Origin: an uncultured archaeon
GTDB lineage: Archaea; Aenigmatarchaeota; Aenigmatarchaeia; CG10238-14; SCSR01
NCBI GenBank assembly: GCA_964373665.1
Contig: CAYJVM010000001.1
Location: 93,325-157,324 of the forward strand
Direction: 5' to 3'
DNA length: 64,000 nucleotides
Shown here: piece by piece, positions 49,045-57,632 of the stretch
Layout of the letters: every line of letters starts with the position of its first letter
Numbering within the stretch: position 1 is the stretch's first letter
Program-made: the position numbers and the translations under genes
Notes under the pieces: model-generated
The model's input: only the letters and a program-made list of their open reading frames with translations
Told to the model about the DNA's origin: nothing
Database searches by the model: none

Positions 49045-49392
49045 ATGCATAGAAGCATTAAAAACTTTTTAAATCTGAAGATGCAATATTGTTTTATGCC
49101 TACTTTTTCTAAAAGAGGAGTTCTTAGCCATCCCAATGGCAACTATTTACGGGAAGGTGGGCGCTTTGACGGCAAACCATATCATGTGGAAAAGGGGCAA
49201 TTCAAAAGATTGAGAACAGAGATTGAGCAAGAAGGAGGCATTGAGAGAATGTATGAAAATTATCAAACGTGGTATGCATATGATAGCATACCTGTCTTTT
49301 TTGATCCATCCGGAAGAACAGACAGGTCAGGCATTTCCTATGCAACAAACTTGAGGCTGGATAAAGAAAGGATTCCTGTAAAGACAGCTTAA
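49045..49392 (+). CDS. hypothetical protein
   Basis: ORF only. Confidence 0.3.
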   Translation: MHRSIKNFLNLKMQYCFMPTFSKRGVLSHPNGNYLREGGRFDGKPYHVEKGQFKRLRTEIEQEGGIERMYENYQTWYAYDSIPVFFDPSGRTDRSGISYATNLRLDKERIPVKTA

Positions 49393-49455
49393 CCACAAAG
49401 GAATTATCAGGCATTTAAATAATACCGCCCAATTAATTTTATTGGAGGTTTGAAC

Positions 49456-49626
49456 ATGGCATCATCTTTGGTAGTAAAATCTGCTGTGAGATCGCATCTC
49501 AAGGGAATGCGTGCAGGCGGAGACTTTTTCAAGGCTTTGGACGCAGCTGTAGCACATAAGGTAAAGACTGCAATGTCAAGGGCCAAGGAAAATGGAAGAA
49601 AGACCTGCCGCGGTTGTGACGTTTAA
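49456..49626 (+). CDS. 56-aa small protein (DUF1931/histone-fold-like?)
   Basis: GGAGGT lies 7 nt upstream of the ATG. The protein MASSLVVKSAVRSHLKGMRAGGDFFKALDAAVAHKVKTAMSRAKENGRKT... is followed by a hairpin and a T-run. Confidence 0.35.
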   Translation: MASSLVVKSAVRSHLKGMRAGGDFFKALDAAVAHKVKTAMSRAKENGRKTCRGCDV

Positions 49627-49650
49627 GGGTCACGCGACCCGGTTTTTTGT
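49627..49650 (+). terminator. hairpin gggtcacgcgaccc followed by a T6 run
   Basis: A GC stem with an oligo-T tract immediately after the stop codon. Confidence 0.4.
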
Positions 49651-49662
49651 TTATGGTGAATT

Positions 49663-49920
49663 ATGGCGCTCATTGTTGGTGAACAGACGATTGCATTCCT
49701 ATTAGTAGGGGTTATTTTCTCAATTGTGGGACTTTTTGCGTTTCTCAAAGCGAGAACTGTATTGAAAGTGCAGATATGGGTGCAGAAAACCTGGTTTGGC
49801 GCCAAATATGTCCCCAGTGAAAGAACCCGAGTCATAGTCCAGATTATGGGCGCCTTGTACCTCATCTTCGGCGTTGCTTTGATGTTGTTTTATTTCGTCA
49901 ATACATCCGGCTATATTTAG
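49663..49920 (+). CDS. small two-helix membrane protein
   Basis: Two transmembrane helices in 85 aa. Confidence 0.35.
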   Translation: MALIVGEQTIAFLLVGVIFSIVGLFAFLKARTVLKVQIWVQKTWFGAKYVPSERTRVIVQIMGALYLIFGVALMLFYFVNTSGYI

Positions 49921-51107
49921 AATCCAAAGTCCCACCATCTACTTGGCGACTTTTCCTCTTCGTCCCTCTTCTTCATCATGGCCGCGACTTTCTTTATGCC
50001 ACCTTCCGCCGCGTCTACTGACTTGCTGTTGTTGCCTATGCCGACTGTGTTTCCCACACCCACGACAATTATGATGCCCTTTTCTGCAGTGTCTGCAACA
50101 TTTTCCTCAACCATGCTCGCTACCTTGTTCGCGCTCTTGAGCACATCAACAGTCATCGGTGATATCGCCTCCTCTTGGCTCATCTTGACGACAAAAGTAT
50201 CCAATGGTATGTCCTTCTCTGTGGCTATGTTCTCAATATAGGCCCTGTCAACTCCCAAGCCGCCTATGGCAACACCCACCCCTTCGGCGATGCTCCCGGT
50301 CTTCTCACCCTCCAGCTTTGCAGCTGCGTCAACTGTTATTATCTTCGCCACCTTTTGCTTCTTGGTAAGATTTTCAACAGCCTTCCCAAGTCTTCCCAAT
50401 CTGCTGCCCGGGCCTTTCGCCTTGACGAAAATCACATTCTTTCTTTTGATCTTCTTCCTCATGACGACCGTGTCTTCTTCTATCACCCTTGTCTTGGAGT
50501 TTCCAACCATTCGTGCCACAACCAGGCCTCCGATAGAATCCCCAACCGGCCAGCCGTTGGCAAACGCCTCAGTGCCCCTCATCAAAGCTTTTGATATCCT
50601 TTCTATAAGCGGCAGCTGCATCTGCAGTATAAGGCCAAGCTGCCAGCTCTTGGTCTTCTTGATCAATTCTATAAAGTGCTTGACCACTTTTGATATCTGG
50701 TTCAATGACATCGCGCCTGCCAATGTCATCATCGTATTGGCCTGGCTTTCAGCATCCATATTTGGGGCGACCCTCTTCACAAAGTGCTTGAATCTCCTCT
50801 CGGACTGGATTTCTATGTGCTCCACTTTTTTCACTAGCCCATACGGGTCAATGCTCACAGGCTGGATGGAGAAAAATTCCATAAAGTTGCTAACCTTCTC
50901 ACTGACATCCTTGGACGGTTTTTTGGAAACCTTCTTGACTGCTATACCCTTCGCCTTTTTGGTGAATCCTTCAAGCATCGTCAATGTATGGTCAAGTTTC
51001 CAGAGCATCTGGGTCACCATCAGGCGCGGATAAAGGAACATCATCGCGAAAAACATGACTATCCATATTATGTTCGCTATCGATCCCAGATCATCGAAGA
51101 GAGCCAT
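49917..51107 (-). CDS. membrane-anchored protein, DUF1512-like
   Basis: An N-terminal transmembrane helix and a ~380-aa soluble domain with a Gly-rich C-terminal region (GVGVAIGGLGV) of the kind seen in archaeal DUF1512 proteins. Confidence 0.4.
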   Translation of the reverse strand: MALFDDLGSIANIIWIVMFFAMMFLYPRLMVTQMLWKLDHTLTMLEGFTKKAKGIAVKKVSKKPSKDVSEKVSNFMEFFSIQPVSIDPYGLVKKVEHIEIQSERRFKHFVKRVAPNMDAESQANTMMTLAGAMSLNQISKVVKHFIELIKKTKSWQLGLILQMQLPLIERISKALMRGTEAFANGWPVGDSIGGLVVARMVGNSKTRVIEEDTVVMRKKIKRKNVIFVKAKGPGSRLGRLGKAVENLTKKQKVAKIITVDAAAKLEGEKTGSIAEGVGVAIGGLGVDRAYIENIATEKDIPLDTFVVKMSQEEAISPMTVDVLKSANKVASMVEENVADTAEKGIIIVVGVGNTVGIGNNSKSVDAAEGGIKKVAAMMKKRDEEEKSPSRWWDFGF

Positions 51108-51343
51108 TTAATCACTGTTTTTAATCTACCGAATACTAACTTTAGATTCCCTATTTAAATTAGTTGCAGTTTATAGCTTTGAATAAATAAGTGCCACTTT
51201 TCAACATGGTTAATTTAAGGAAAAGGTTTATCTATAGCCTTTCCCAAATATTTTTAAATGTCTTTAGGAACCATTCACCCTAAGTTATCTAAAACTTATT
51301 TAAGTTTAGCAGTTCTTACTAACTATCCCTCAAGGTAGTTAAA

Positions 51344-51643
51344 ATGCGAACTCGGATTAATTTCAATATAAAACATGGTGTAAGAATAAATCTACCTATT
51401 ATTATAATTAAAGAGGACAATTGGTTTGTAGCTCTGGTTCCAACATTGGGTGTTGCGGCACAAGGTAAAACTTTAGATGAAGTTAAAGAAAACATGTCCG
51501 ATTTGCTTGGAATGTATTTTACAAACCCGCATACACCAAAACCAAAAATCAAAACTCTGGTCAATGCCAATATAATATTCTCAACAATTTCTGTCAATGT
51601 GCCAAAAGGTGTTGAAAATACCCAAAGCAATACCGCTGTCTAG
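51344..51643 (+). CDS. hicB: HicB-family antitoxin
   Basis: DNWFVALVPTLGVAAQGKTLDEVKENMSDLL matches the HicB/UPF0150 pattern. Confidence 0.55.
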   Translation: MRTRINFNIKHGVRINLPIIIIKEDNWFVALVPTLGVAAQGKTLDEVKENMSDLLGMYFTNPHTPKPKIKTLVNANIIFSTISVNVPKGVENTQSNTAV

Positions 51644-51839
51644 ACGCAAAGTTGTTCAAATATTACATGGTAATGGATTTGTACTTTCACGGGAAGGTGG
51701 AAGACATACTGAATTTGAGAAGTTGGATGATAAAGGCAAATGGTGGGTAACATATGTCCCTAGACATGCTGAAATCTCTGTAGGTGTTATTCAAGAAATT
51801 ATAAAACAGGCTGGAAAGGAGCGGAGCGAGTTTTGGTAA
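51597..51839 (+). CDS. hicA: HicA-family mRNA interferase toxin
   Basis: KVVQILHGNGFVLSREGGRHTEFEK...VPRHAEISVGVIQEIIKQAG matches the HicA/YcfA fold. The true start is probably internal. Confidence 0.6.
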   Translation: MCQKVLKIPKAIPLSRRKVVQILHGNGFVLSREGGRHTEFEKLDDKGKWWVTYVPRHAEISVGVIQEIIKQAGKERSEFW

Positions 51840-52345
51840 AGAATAAGGCAACCTATTCTTTCGTGTCTACATTATAGTCTTCTTTGTTCATGACACCTTG
51901 AGATTAATCACGATGTTGTTATGTTCTGGCGAAAGATTATCAATTCAGAGATTTGCACAATGCAGAAGTTTTATAAAATATTGTTATTAAAGATGAAGGT
52001 AATACCATAGTTCGTGGCACCAAAATTTGCACAGATTTTGAGCAATGTACACCATCTATAAAAATTCTACTTAAATTCGATTTTTGAGGCTAATAGACTT
52101 GATTTTTAGAGGGTGTTAATGGGCATATCAAATCACTTAAATATAGCATGCACAAAAAATACCTTACTTTTTGTCACATACGAAGTATTCAGAAACAGGC
52201 TCTGTTGGACTGTTAGATGCTATAAAAGTGAAAATTGGTATTTTTGATTGGTCCCTTATTCTGGGGTATTACCAAGATGAATATTTCATATGTTCAACTA
52301 GCACCACTCTTCATACTTAAATAGCTTACTGACTAGTAATTACTA

Positions 52346-52627
52346 ATGGTTCAAAAATATAACCAAAGATTGGAAGAAGCGCGATTGGAACTGGCAGGAA
52401 ACATAAGGGAACGGGTGGCGTATTCTCTGAGAGAGGAAGTTTCTGAATTAGATATTATATCGGCAAGCGATGCCTATTTTAATATTCGAAACGGCATGTT
52501 ATACACGCTCCGCCAAGTTAACGCTAGACAATCGGAAACGGTAGGAATAACACCCGATGAAATACCTCTTGAAGGGTATGATGCTTCTCGACTTCTTGAA
52601 ATAGCCAAAAGAATCGGAGCCGGATAG
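52346..52627 (+). CDS. hypothetical protein
   Basis: ORF only. Confidence 0.3.
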   Translation: MVQKYNQRLEEARLELAGNIRERVAYSLREEVSELDIISASDAYFNIRNGMLYTLRQVNARQSETVGITPDEIPLEGYDASRLLEIAKRIGAG

Positions 52628-52667
52628 AAGCAATTCGCGTTCTTATTTATTTATAAAATCCGAAATA

Positions 52668-53357
52668 ATGTTATCGATATTTATGGCGGAGAGCTCTGGC
52701 GAGAAAAAGCGCAGTAATTTCAAGATGTTCCTTGCATTGTTTCTGATCGCAGGCATAGTTGGTCTGCTTGCCTACGGCAACAAGGGGGACAATGCCGTCA
52801 GCAGCGTTCTAGGCAGGTTCACCAATATAGGCGCAGGGGGCGATGCCTTTGACTTGAGGCTATCGACAGACGCCACTGTGCTTTACGGCAACAGCTTCGC
52901 TCTATCCGGTTCGGACATTACTATTTCAGGCGTCTGCAATGTTGTCAATATAGGTGAGCTTACTATAGAAAGGGAGAACACAAGGTGCACAATTCAGACA
53001 AGCGGCTATTCCGGCAAGTTTGATTACACGCCATTCGGAAGCATAGTTCTGGCAGGCCAGTCTTCAGCGGTAAAGCTTGATACTTATACCTACAGCTCTG
53101 GCAAGCCCGTCAACTTTGAGGTGGAAATAATTCCGATGGGCATGTTTGTGACAGGCATTTCCAAGAGCAAGCTCTCCATGGTGGCGCCTTTCGGAGAGAT
53201 AGCCAAGTTCTCCAACGGCGAGCTGAAGGGAGTGTCCTACCTGAGCGGAACCCCCCTAGACATAAACAATTTAAATGGCAATATCGAATTAAAAGATGGT
53301 GTTCTGACCATTACAGGAGCGGCAACTGCCGTCAAGAGCACCGAATTCACTTGGTGA
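52668..53357 (+). CDS. membrane-anchored beta-rich extracellular protein
   Basis: An N-terminal transmembrane helix followed by a Gly/Ser/Thr-rich domain. Confidence 0.35.
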   Translation: MLSIFMAESSGEKKRSNFKMFLALFLIAGIVGLLAYGNKGDNAVSSVLGRFTNIGAGGDAFDLRLSTDATVLYGNSFALSGSDITISGVCNVVNIGELTIERENTRCTIQTSGYSGKFDYTPFGSIVLAGQSSAVKLDTYTYSSGKPVNFEVEIIPMGMFVTGISKSKLSMVAPFGEIAKFSNGELKGVSYLSGTPLDINNLNGNIELKDGVLTITGAATAVKSTEFTW

Positions 53358-53827
53358 CATTTTTGTATCAAAGAAGGCAAGGAAGAGGAGACTATAACTA
53401 CAATGTGGCCATATTCGTAGACGGGCCGAACATGCTCAGGAAGGAGTTCATGATAGACCTGGCCGAGGTCAGGAGAGTTGCGCGCAAGTTCGGCAGAGTG
53501 ACGATTTCCAAGGTCTTTATCAACCAGTACGCGCCGGAAAAGCTCATAGAGGCCGTCATCAACGAAGGGTTTGAATGTATAATGGTTCTGGGCGAGAAGA
53601 GTTCTGACAACACTTCCGCGGACGTTGACGTCTCAATGACTGTGGCGGCGATGGAGGCTATAATCACGAATGACATTGACGCTGTTGTAATTGTCACTAG
53701 GGACGCCGATTTCCTTCCTGTGATGCAAAAGGCGAAGGAATATGGGAAGAGGGTCATTGTCATAGGCGCCGAGGCCGGATTTTCAGCTTCCTTGCAGAAT
53801 GCTGCTGATCATCTTGAAGTTCTATAA
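53351..53827 (+). CDS. NYN/LabA-like (PIN-fold) domain protein
   Basis: VAIFVDGPNM, DVDVSM and VVIVTRDADFLPVMQKAKEYGKRVIVIG form the NYN signature. Confidence 0.65.
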   Translation: MVTFLYQRRQGRGDYNYNVAIFVDGPNMLRKEFMIDLAEVRRVARKFGRVTISKVFINQYAPEKLIEAVINEGFECIMVLGEKSSDNTSADVDVSMTVAAMEAIITNDIDAVVIVTRDADFLPVMQKAKEYGKRVIVIGAEAGFSASLQNAADHLEVL

Positions 53828-53859
53828 GATTTATATACTCTAAGGCCTTCTAGAAGATT

Positions 53860-54261
53860 ATGACAAACCCAGTTGTGGAAAGTTATACTATACCACATAC
53901 AAGAAATTTTCAGATAATGAATTTAGACACGGCAGGGAGAATAGCTTTACCCTACGGTAGAAGCATTCCTTATTCAAACTTGGATTTTGAACTTGGAAGA
54001 GCGCACCTTGAAGTTGACGTAGCTGGAACTCGAGAAACACACGATTTTGACTATTTGGTTTTGTACACTAACTATGAAGGACGTGTAAAGGTGGATAATC
54101 AGAGCCGAATTTTAATACCAAGAGGTGTTAGAGATCTTCTTAAATTGAGCGATAAGGTTGCTTTAGTTGTTGGCGGCGATGGTGTTCTTGAAATTTGGGA
54201 TTACAATAATTGGAAACAATATAAAGACTTGTATTCAAAGTATAAACGAAAAGGCGAGTAG
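53860..54261 (+). CDS. MraZ-like duplicated SpoVT/AbrB-fold protein
   Basis: Two D-x-x-G/S-R-I-x-(L/I)-P repeats are present ([13 protein letters not shown] and [12 protein letters not shown]). Confidence 0.45.
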   Translation: MTNPVVESYTIPHTRNFQIMNLDTAGRIALPYGRSIPYSNLDFELGRAHLEVDVAGTRETHDFDYLVLYTNYEGRVKVDNQSRILIPRGVRDLLKLSDKVALVVGGDGVLEIWDYNNWKQYKDLYSKYKRKGE

Positions 54262-54269
54262 TAAAGTCT

Positions 54270-54455
54270 ATGACTAAAGGAACGCCCTCCATGGGCAAAA
54301 GAGTTGGATTAAAGCATACAAGATGCAGACGATGCGGCAGGACATCCTTCCATATTCAGAAAGGAGAATGCTCTGCATGCGGATTTGGTAAGAGCCCTAA
54401 AATAAAGACTTATTCTTGGAAGACTCATGACATCAGAAGAATGAGAAAATTATAA
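54270..54455 (+). CDS. rpl37e: 50S ribosomal protein L37e
   Basis: [11 protein letters not shown]...[24 protein letters not shown] is the L37e zinc-ribbon signature. Confidence 0.85.
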   Translation: MTKGTPSMGKRVGLKHTRCRRCGRTSFHIQKGECSACGFGKSPKIKTYSWKTHDIRRMRKL

Positions 54456-54509
54456 AATGCTAATACAAGCCACGAACTTAATAATTCTTTCAAATCAATT
54501 ACATTTAGG

Positions 54510-54635
54510 GGGCCCGTAGCTCAGCATGGTAGAGCAGCTGATGCCAAGTTGAAGCTTTTAACCATGTGTGAAAAAGCATTGATTCCCAGATGAAAGGAAA
54601 CCAGTTGGTCGAGGGTTCAAATCCCTCCGGGCCCA
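54510..54635 (+). tRNA. tRNA-Gly(GCC) with ~50-nt intron (Trp not fully excluded)
   Basis: The acceptor stem is GGGCCCG/CGGGCCC, the D-arm is GCTC-AGCATGGTA-GAGC, the anticodon loop is ATGCCAA with U33, the T-arm is GAGGG-TTCAAAT-CCCTC, and the discriminator is A. Confidence 0.65.
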
Positions 54636-54807
54636 TAAAGACTCGTACTTAGTTGTATGCGAGTCTTCTTTATCGCCTTCTCGGCCTCATGCGTCTAAGT
54701 CACTTTTAATGCATCGGTAATGTAGTGAGGTTAGTGAAGCATAAGGAATGTGCATGGGTCTTGCCGTCCATGTAGCGTTTATATGAAGCATCTACTAATT
54801 ACTTTCT

Positions 54808-55176
54808 GTGTTCTCAACAGGTCTCCTCCGTCGTGTGACGGTTAAAAGGCTGGAGCTAGGGAAATCGAAGGAAGAGTTACGTATCGCATTACACATCTAC
54901 GAATGGCAAATCGCTTATCTCCAAAATCTTAATTCGTCAGAGATACGGCAGATGGTGTCTACAAGAAAGAGGATACGATATCTGTCTAGGTCTCTACCAC
55001 ATCAAGTAGGGAAGGCGACAGAATCGCTGGTCAATGATTTGGACGTTAATCTTATCAGCCGACTGAGAAATGAGAAACTTAATGGCCGTGTCAAGAAGAT
55101 ATTGGGTAATAACAGTTATCTTAAACTGGCCAGAATGATTAACAGTGGCAAAGCAAAGTCAAGTAAAGTAAACTAA
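54808..55176 (+). CDS. hypothetical protein (inside putative integrated segment)
   Basis: ORF only. Confidence 0.3.
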   Translation: MFSTGLLRRVTVKRLELGKSKEELRIALHIYEWQIAYLQNLNSSEIRQMVSTRKRIRYLSRSLPHQVGKATESLVNDLDVNLISRLRNEKLNGRVKKILGNNSYLKLARMINSGKAKSSKVN

Positions 55177-55182
55177 TCGCCC

Positions 55183-55461
55183 TTATCTTCTTTGTCTATT
55201 CTGTTCTTCAAGACATGAGCCGTGGGCGTAGCCGGAGTACCAACCGTACTTGCGGGTGTATATCTTGACGGCGTCAAACATCCTGTTGCCTTTTCCACAG
55301 AATGTACATACACGATCTTCGAATCTTGTTGAAAATGATGCTGTCCCTTTCCTCGAACCTCCTTTACCCATTTGACTGATGAGCCATATACCGCCGCCGA
55401 CGATCGCAACCCCTATGATGAAGTAGACTGTTCCCATGTGCCCTCCGCGAACCTCCACCAT
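55183..55461 (-). CDS. small membrane protein with a C-x-x-C...H/C zinc-ribbon-like tail
   Basis: An N-terminal transmembrane helix and the motif CTFCGKG...HGSC. Confidence 0.3.
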   Translation of the reverse strand: MVEVRGGHMGTVYFIIGVAIVGGGIWLISQMGKGGSRKGTASFSTRFEDRVCTFCGKGNRMFDAVKIYTRKYGWYSGYAHGSCLEEQNRQRR

Positions 55462-55684
55462 CTCTGGGGATGATACGCAAGGCGAGACACGCAGTCAAGA
55501 CCACAGGCTCAAGTTTTTTCATGATCAATCATGATAGAAGAGATAAGTGGCAAGCTGAGTACATTGACCCATGCGACTGCGATTCAGGGTGGGTGAGCCT
55601 TCGGGCAATCAGACCTGAAGGCGAAATCTCGGCCGATGCCAGCCGAAGCGGCGAGCACGAGACCTGAACCGCTTAGCGTGCCGG

Positions 55685-55700
55685 TCCCTCCGGGCCCATA
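55685..55700 (+). repeat. direct repeat identical to the 3' end of tRNA-Gly (tccctccgggcccata)
   Basis: A 16/16 match to positions 54622-54637. It is preceded by gtgccgg. Confidence 0.7.
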
Positions 55701-55776
55701 CCTAAATGGGTAAATCCCAGTTCATTCTGCCGTCAACTTTATATGTTCCAAAGACCCACTAATTAGTGGGTATAGT

Positions 55777-56031
55777 ATGCCTGTAGTGAAGTTAGACGAA
55801 AAGGGAAGGATACAGCTCCCGAAAACATTCAGAAAGGAACTGCATCTAAGACCGCGCCAACCTCTTGTTGTCAAAAAGCAAGGGGAACTTCTCACCGTGA
55901 GCAAAGTGACCAAAGTCAGTCCTAATGAGGATCCTCTGCTCAGGGACATTATTCTGAATCCTCTCAAGAGCAAGAAAAAGGTCACCAAAGAACTTCTCGA
56001 AGAATTGAAAGACGAAATGTGGTCCGAGTGA
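55777..56031 (+). CDS. vapB: VapB-type antitoxin (SpoVT/AbrB domain)
   Basis: VKLDEKGRIQLPKTFRKELHL is a swapped-hairpin motif. Confidence 0.6.
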   Translation: MPVVKLDEKGRIQLPKTFRKELHLRPRQPLVVKKQGELLTVSKVTKVSPNEDPLLRDIILNPLKSKKKVTKELLEELKDEMWSE

Positions 56032-56423
56032 TCCTAGTCGATTCGAATATCTGGATTTTTGCTGAAGTCAAAGGCGGCGACGAGCATTATCTGGCAGTTG
56101 AAAAGTTGCGGCACCAACTTGGGCGGGGTGTTGTAACCAACGTAATAGTATGTTCGGATGTATTTCATTTGCTTAGCAGGATGTTCGGCTCTGCCGTCGC
56201 GAGGGCTAGACTGGATACGATACTTAATCATCCGGCTGTCGAATGGCACGAGTTCACCCGGACGCAGATGCTAGAAGCCGTGAGATTGTCTCATGCGAAG
56301 CTGTTGCGCATCAATGACGCACTGATTGCTCAACAAGCCAGTGAATTGAACGTTCCAATCCTCACCGACAACGTGAAGGATTTCAGGAAAGTCAAGGGCA
56401 TTGAAATTATCCCGTTAAGATAA
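56019..56423 (+). CDS. vapC: VapC PIN-domain toxin
   Basis: ILVDSNIWIF, ...ND and ...TDN are the PIN acidic residues. Confidence 0.75.
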   Translation: MVRVILVDSNIWIFAEVKGGDEHYLAVEKLRHQLGRGVVTNVIVCSDVFHLLSRMFGSAVARARLDTILNHPAVEWHEFTRTQMLEAVRLSHAKLLRINDALIAQQASELNVPILTDNVKDFRKVKGIEIIPLR

Positions 56424-56476
56424 TTGCCCACGTTTAAGAGGGATAGCCACATGGACCTGAACCATTTGAGCCTTGG

Positions 56477-56489
56477 TCCCTCCGGGCCA
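56477..56489 (+). repeat. second direct repeat of the tRNA-Gly 3' end (tccctccgggcca)
   Basis: A 12-nt exact match to the tRNA 3' strand. The upstream context gacctgaacc...ggtccct parallels repeat 1. Confidence 0.6.
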
Positions 56490-56497
56490 TCCTAAAA

Positions 56498-57118
56498 TTA
56501 CTTCCTCAAAACTCCAAACGCTTGATTTGTTCCCATTTTTTGGAAGAAGCCTAATACTATGTTAAGCATACCAAGATGCTCTACTAAATACGCGCGATTC
56601 AGCGGACCGACATCAATCGGTTCATATCCTAGATCACTAGCCAGTTGTGAAACCTTCTCTTTGGCTGTTTGGTCATCGCTACAGATGAAAACGTTCGCTT
56701 TTCCTTCTTTAAAACTGAGTGACGATTCAAGAACTTGGGCGAAAAGTGTATTAAAGGCTTTGACTATTTTCGCATCTGGAACAATCTTTGCAATCTCTTC
56801 TGATGCAGATGTTGTAACATCCAAACCACTGAAATCCTGTTTAAGCGGATTTGAAATATCGACCAGCACTTTTCCTTTCAAATTTCCTGCAGTCTTTAGA
56901 ACATCATTCATTGCACTCCACGGCACTGCCAATATCAAAACATCGCCAAACTCAACGGCCTCCTTTATAGAACCTCCCATGAACTTTCCTACAGACGCAG
57001 ACAAATTTCTTGCCTTCTCAGGTTCCCTGGAACCGATAAAGACTTCATGTGATGTCTTCGCCAAGCTCTTTGCGAAAGCGGTTCCCATATGACCGGTTCC
57101 TATTATTCCTATCCTCAT
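56498..57118 (-). CDS. NADP oxidoreductase, coenzyme-F420-dependent family (Fno/Npd-like)
   Basis: A Rossmann N-terminus (MRIGIIGTGHMGTAFA) with a P5CR-like fold. Confidence 0.55.
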   Translation of the reverse strand: MRIGIIGTGHMGTAFAKSLAKTSHEVFIGSREPEKARNLSASVGKFMGGSIKEAVEFGDVLILAVPWSAMNDVLKTAGNLKGKVLVDISNPLKQDFSGLDVTTSASEEIAKIVPDAKIVKAFNTLFAQVLESSLSFKEGKANVFICSDDQTAKEKVSQLASDLGYEPIDVGPLNRAYLVEHLGMLNIVLGFFQKMGTNQAFGVLRK

Positions 57119-57127
57119 ACTCTACAC

Positions 57128-57625
57128 TTATCCGATGTAACTTAAATTAGTTTCGTCGAAACCCTTCACGATTTCGATATGCGGCATTCTATTCGGCTTC
57201 CATCCCATGCTTGCATAAATGACCTCAGGGAACAGTCTTGTCATGTCCTTGGAGATTATTGCAACAGGATGGTTCCTCCCAAAGGCCTTCTCGCTAACCA
57301 TAGTCGTCGCAACACGATTATAATTCTCATCAAGTATTCCTATTGTGTGCAGGTATTCGTGAAGCAGCAGGTGAAAAATATAATGCTTATAGTATTCCGG
57401 CTTGGTCTGCTCGATAACATTCATTGGGGCCTTGTTTAGAACAATAAGATTCGACCCGACAGGATGGAATGCGCCTATGAATGTTCCAGGTTTCCCTCCC
57501 AAGTCGGATAGCCCCAGCATTAGGCCGGCGCGCCGCCTGCCTAAGAACTCTTTTACAACTAACTTGACGATTTCAAAAAGTTCTGAGACACCTTGCGCTT
57601 CTTCGAGCATTTCCGTGTAATTCAT
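57128..57625 (-). CDS. putative HExxH metalloprotease
   Basis: It contains the motif LLLHEYLHTIG. Confidence 0.4.
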   Translation of the reverse strand: MNYTEMLEEAQGVSELFEIVKLVVKEFLGRRRAGLMLGLSDLGGKPGTFIGAFHPVGSNLIVLNKAPMNVIEQTKPEYYKHYIFHLLLHEYLHTIGILDENYNRVATTMVSEKAFGRNHPVAIISKDMTRLFPEVIYASMGWKPNRMPHIEIVKGFDETNLSYIG

Positions 57626-57632
57626 AAAATCA

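Noticed and set aside
50266-51033. A 255-aa plus-strand ORF and others opposite the DUF1512-like gene
   Set aside because: The translations are low-complexity and Ser/Phe/Leu-rich, which is antisense-like. The minus-strand frame has a transmembrane anchor and a conserved Gly-rich domain.
55440-55700. A GC-rich ORF-poor stretch with gacctgaagg...gagcacgagacctgaacc that superficially resembles the SRP RNA helix-8 region
   Set aside because: The conserved SRP domain-IV features cannot be aligned convincingly. The terminal ~45 nt recur at 56445-56489, and the segment ends in an exact copy of the tRNA-Gly 3' end. It is therefore better explained as an att-site/element border.
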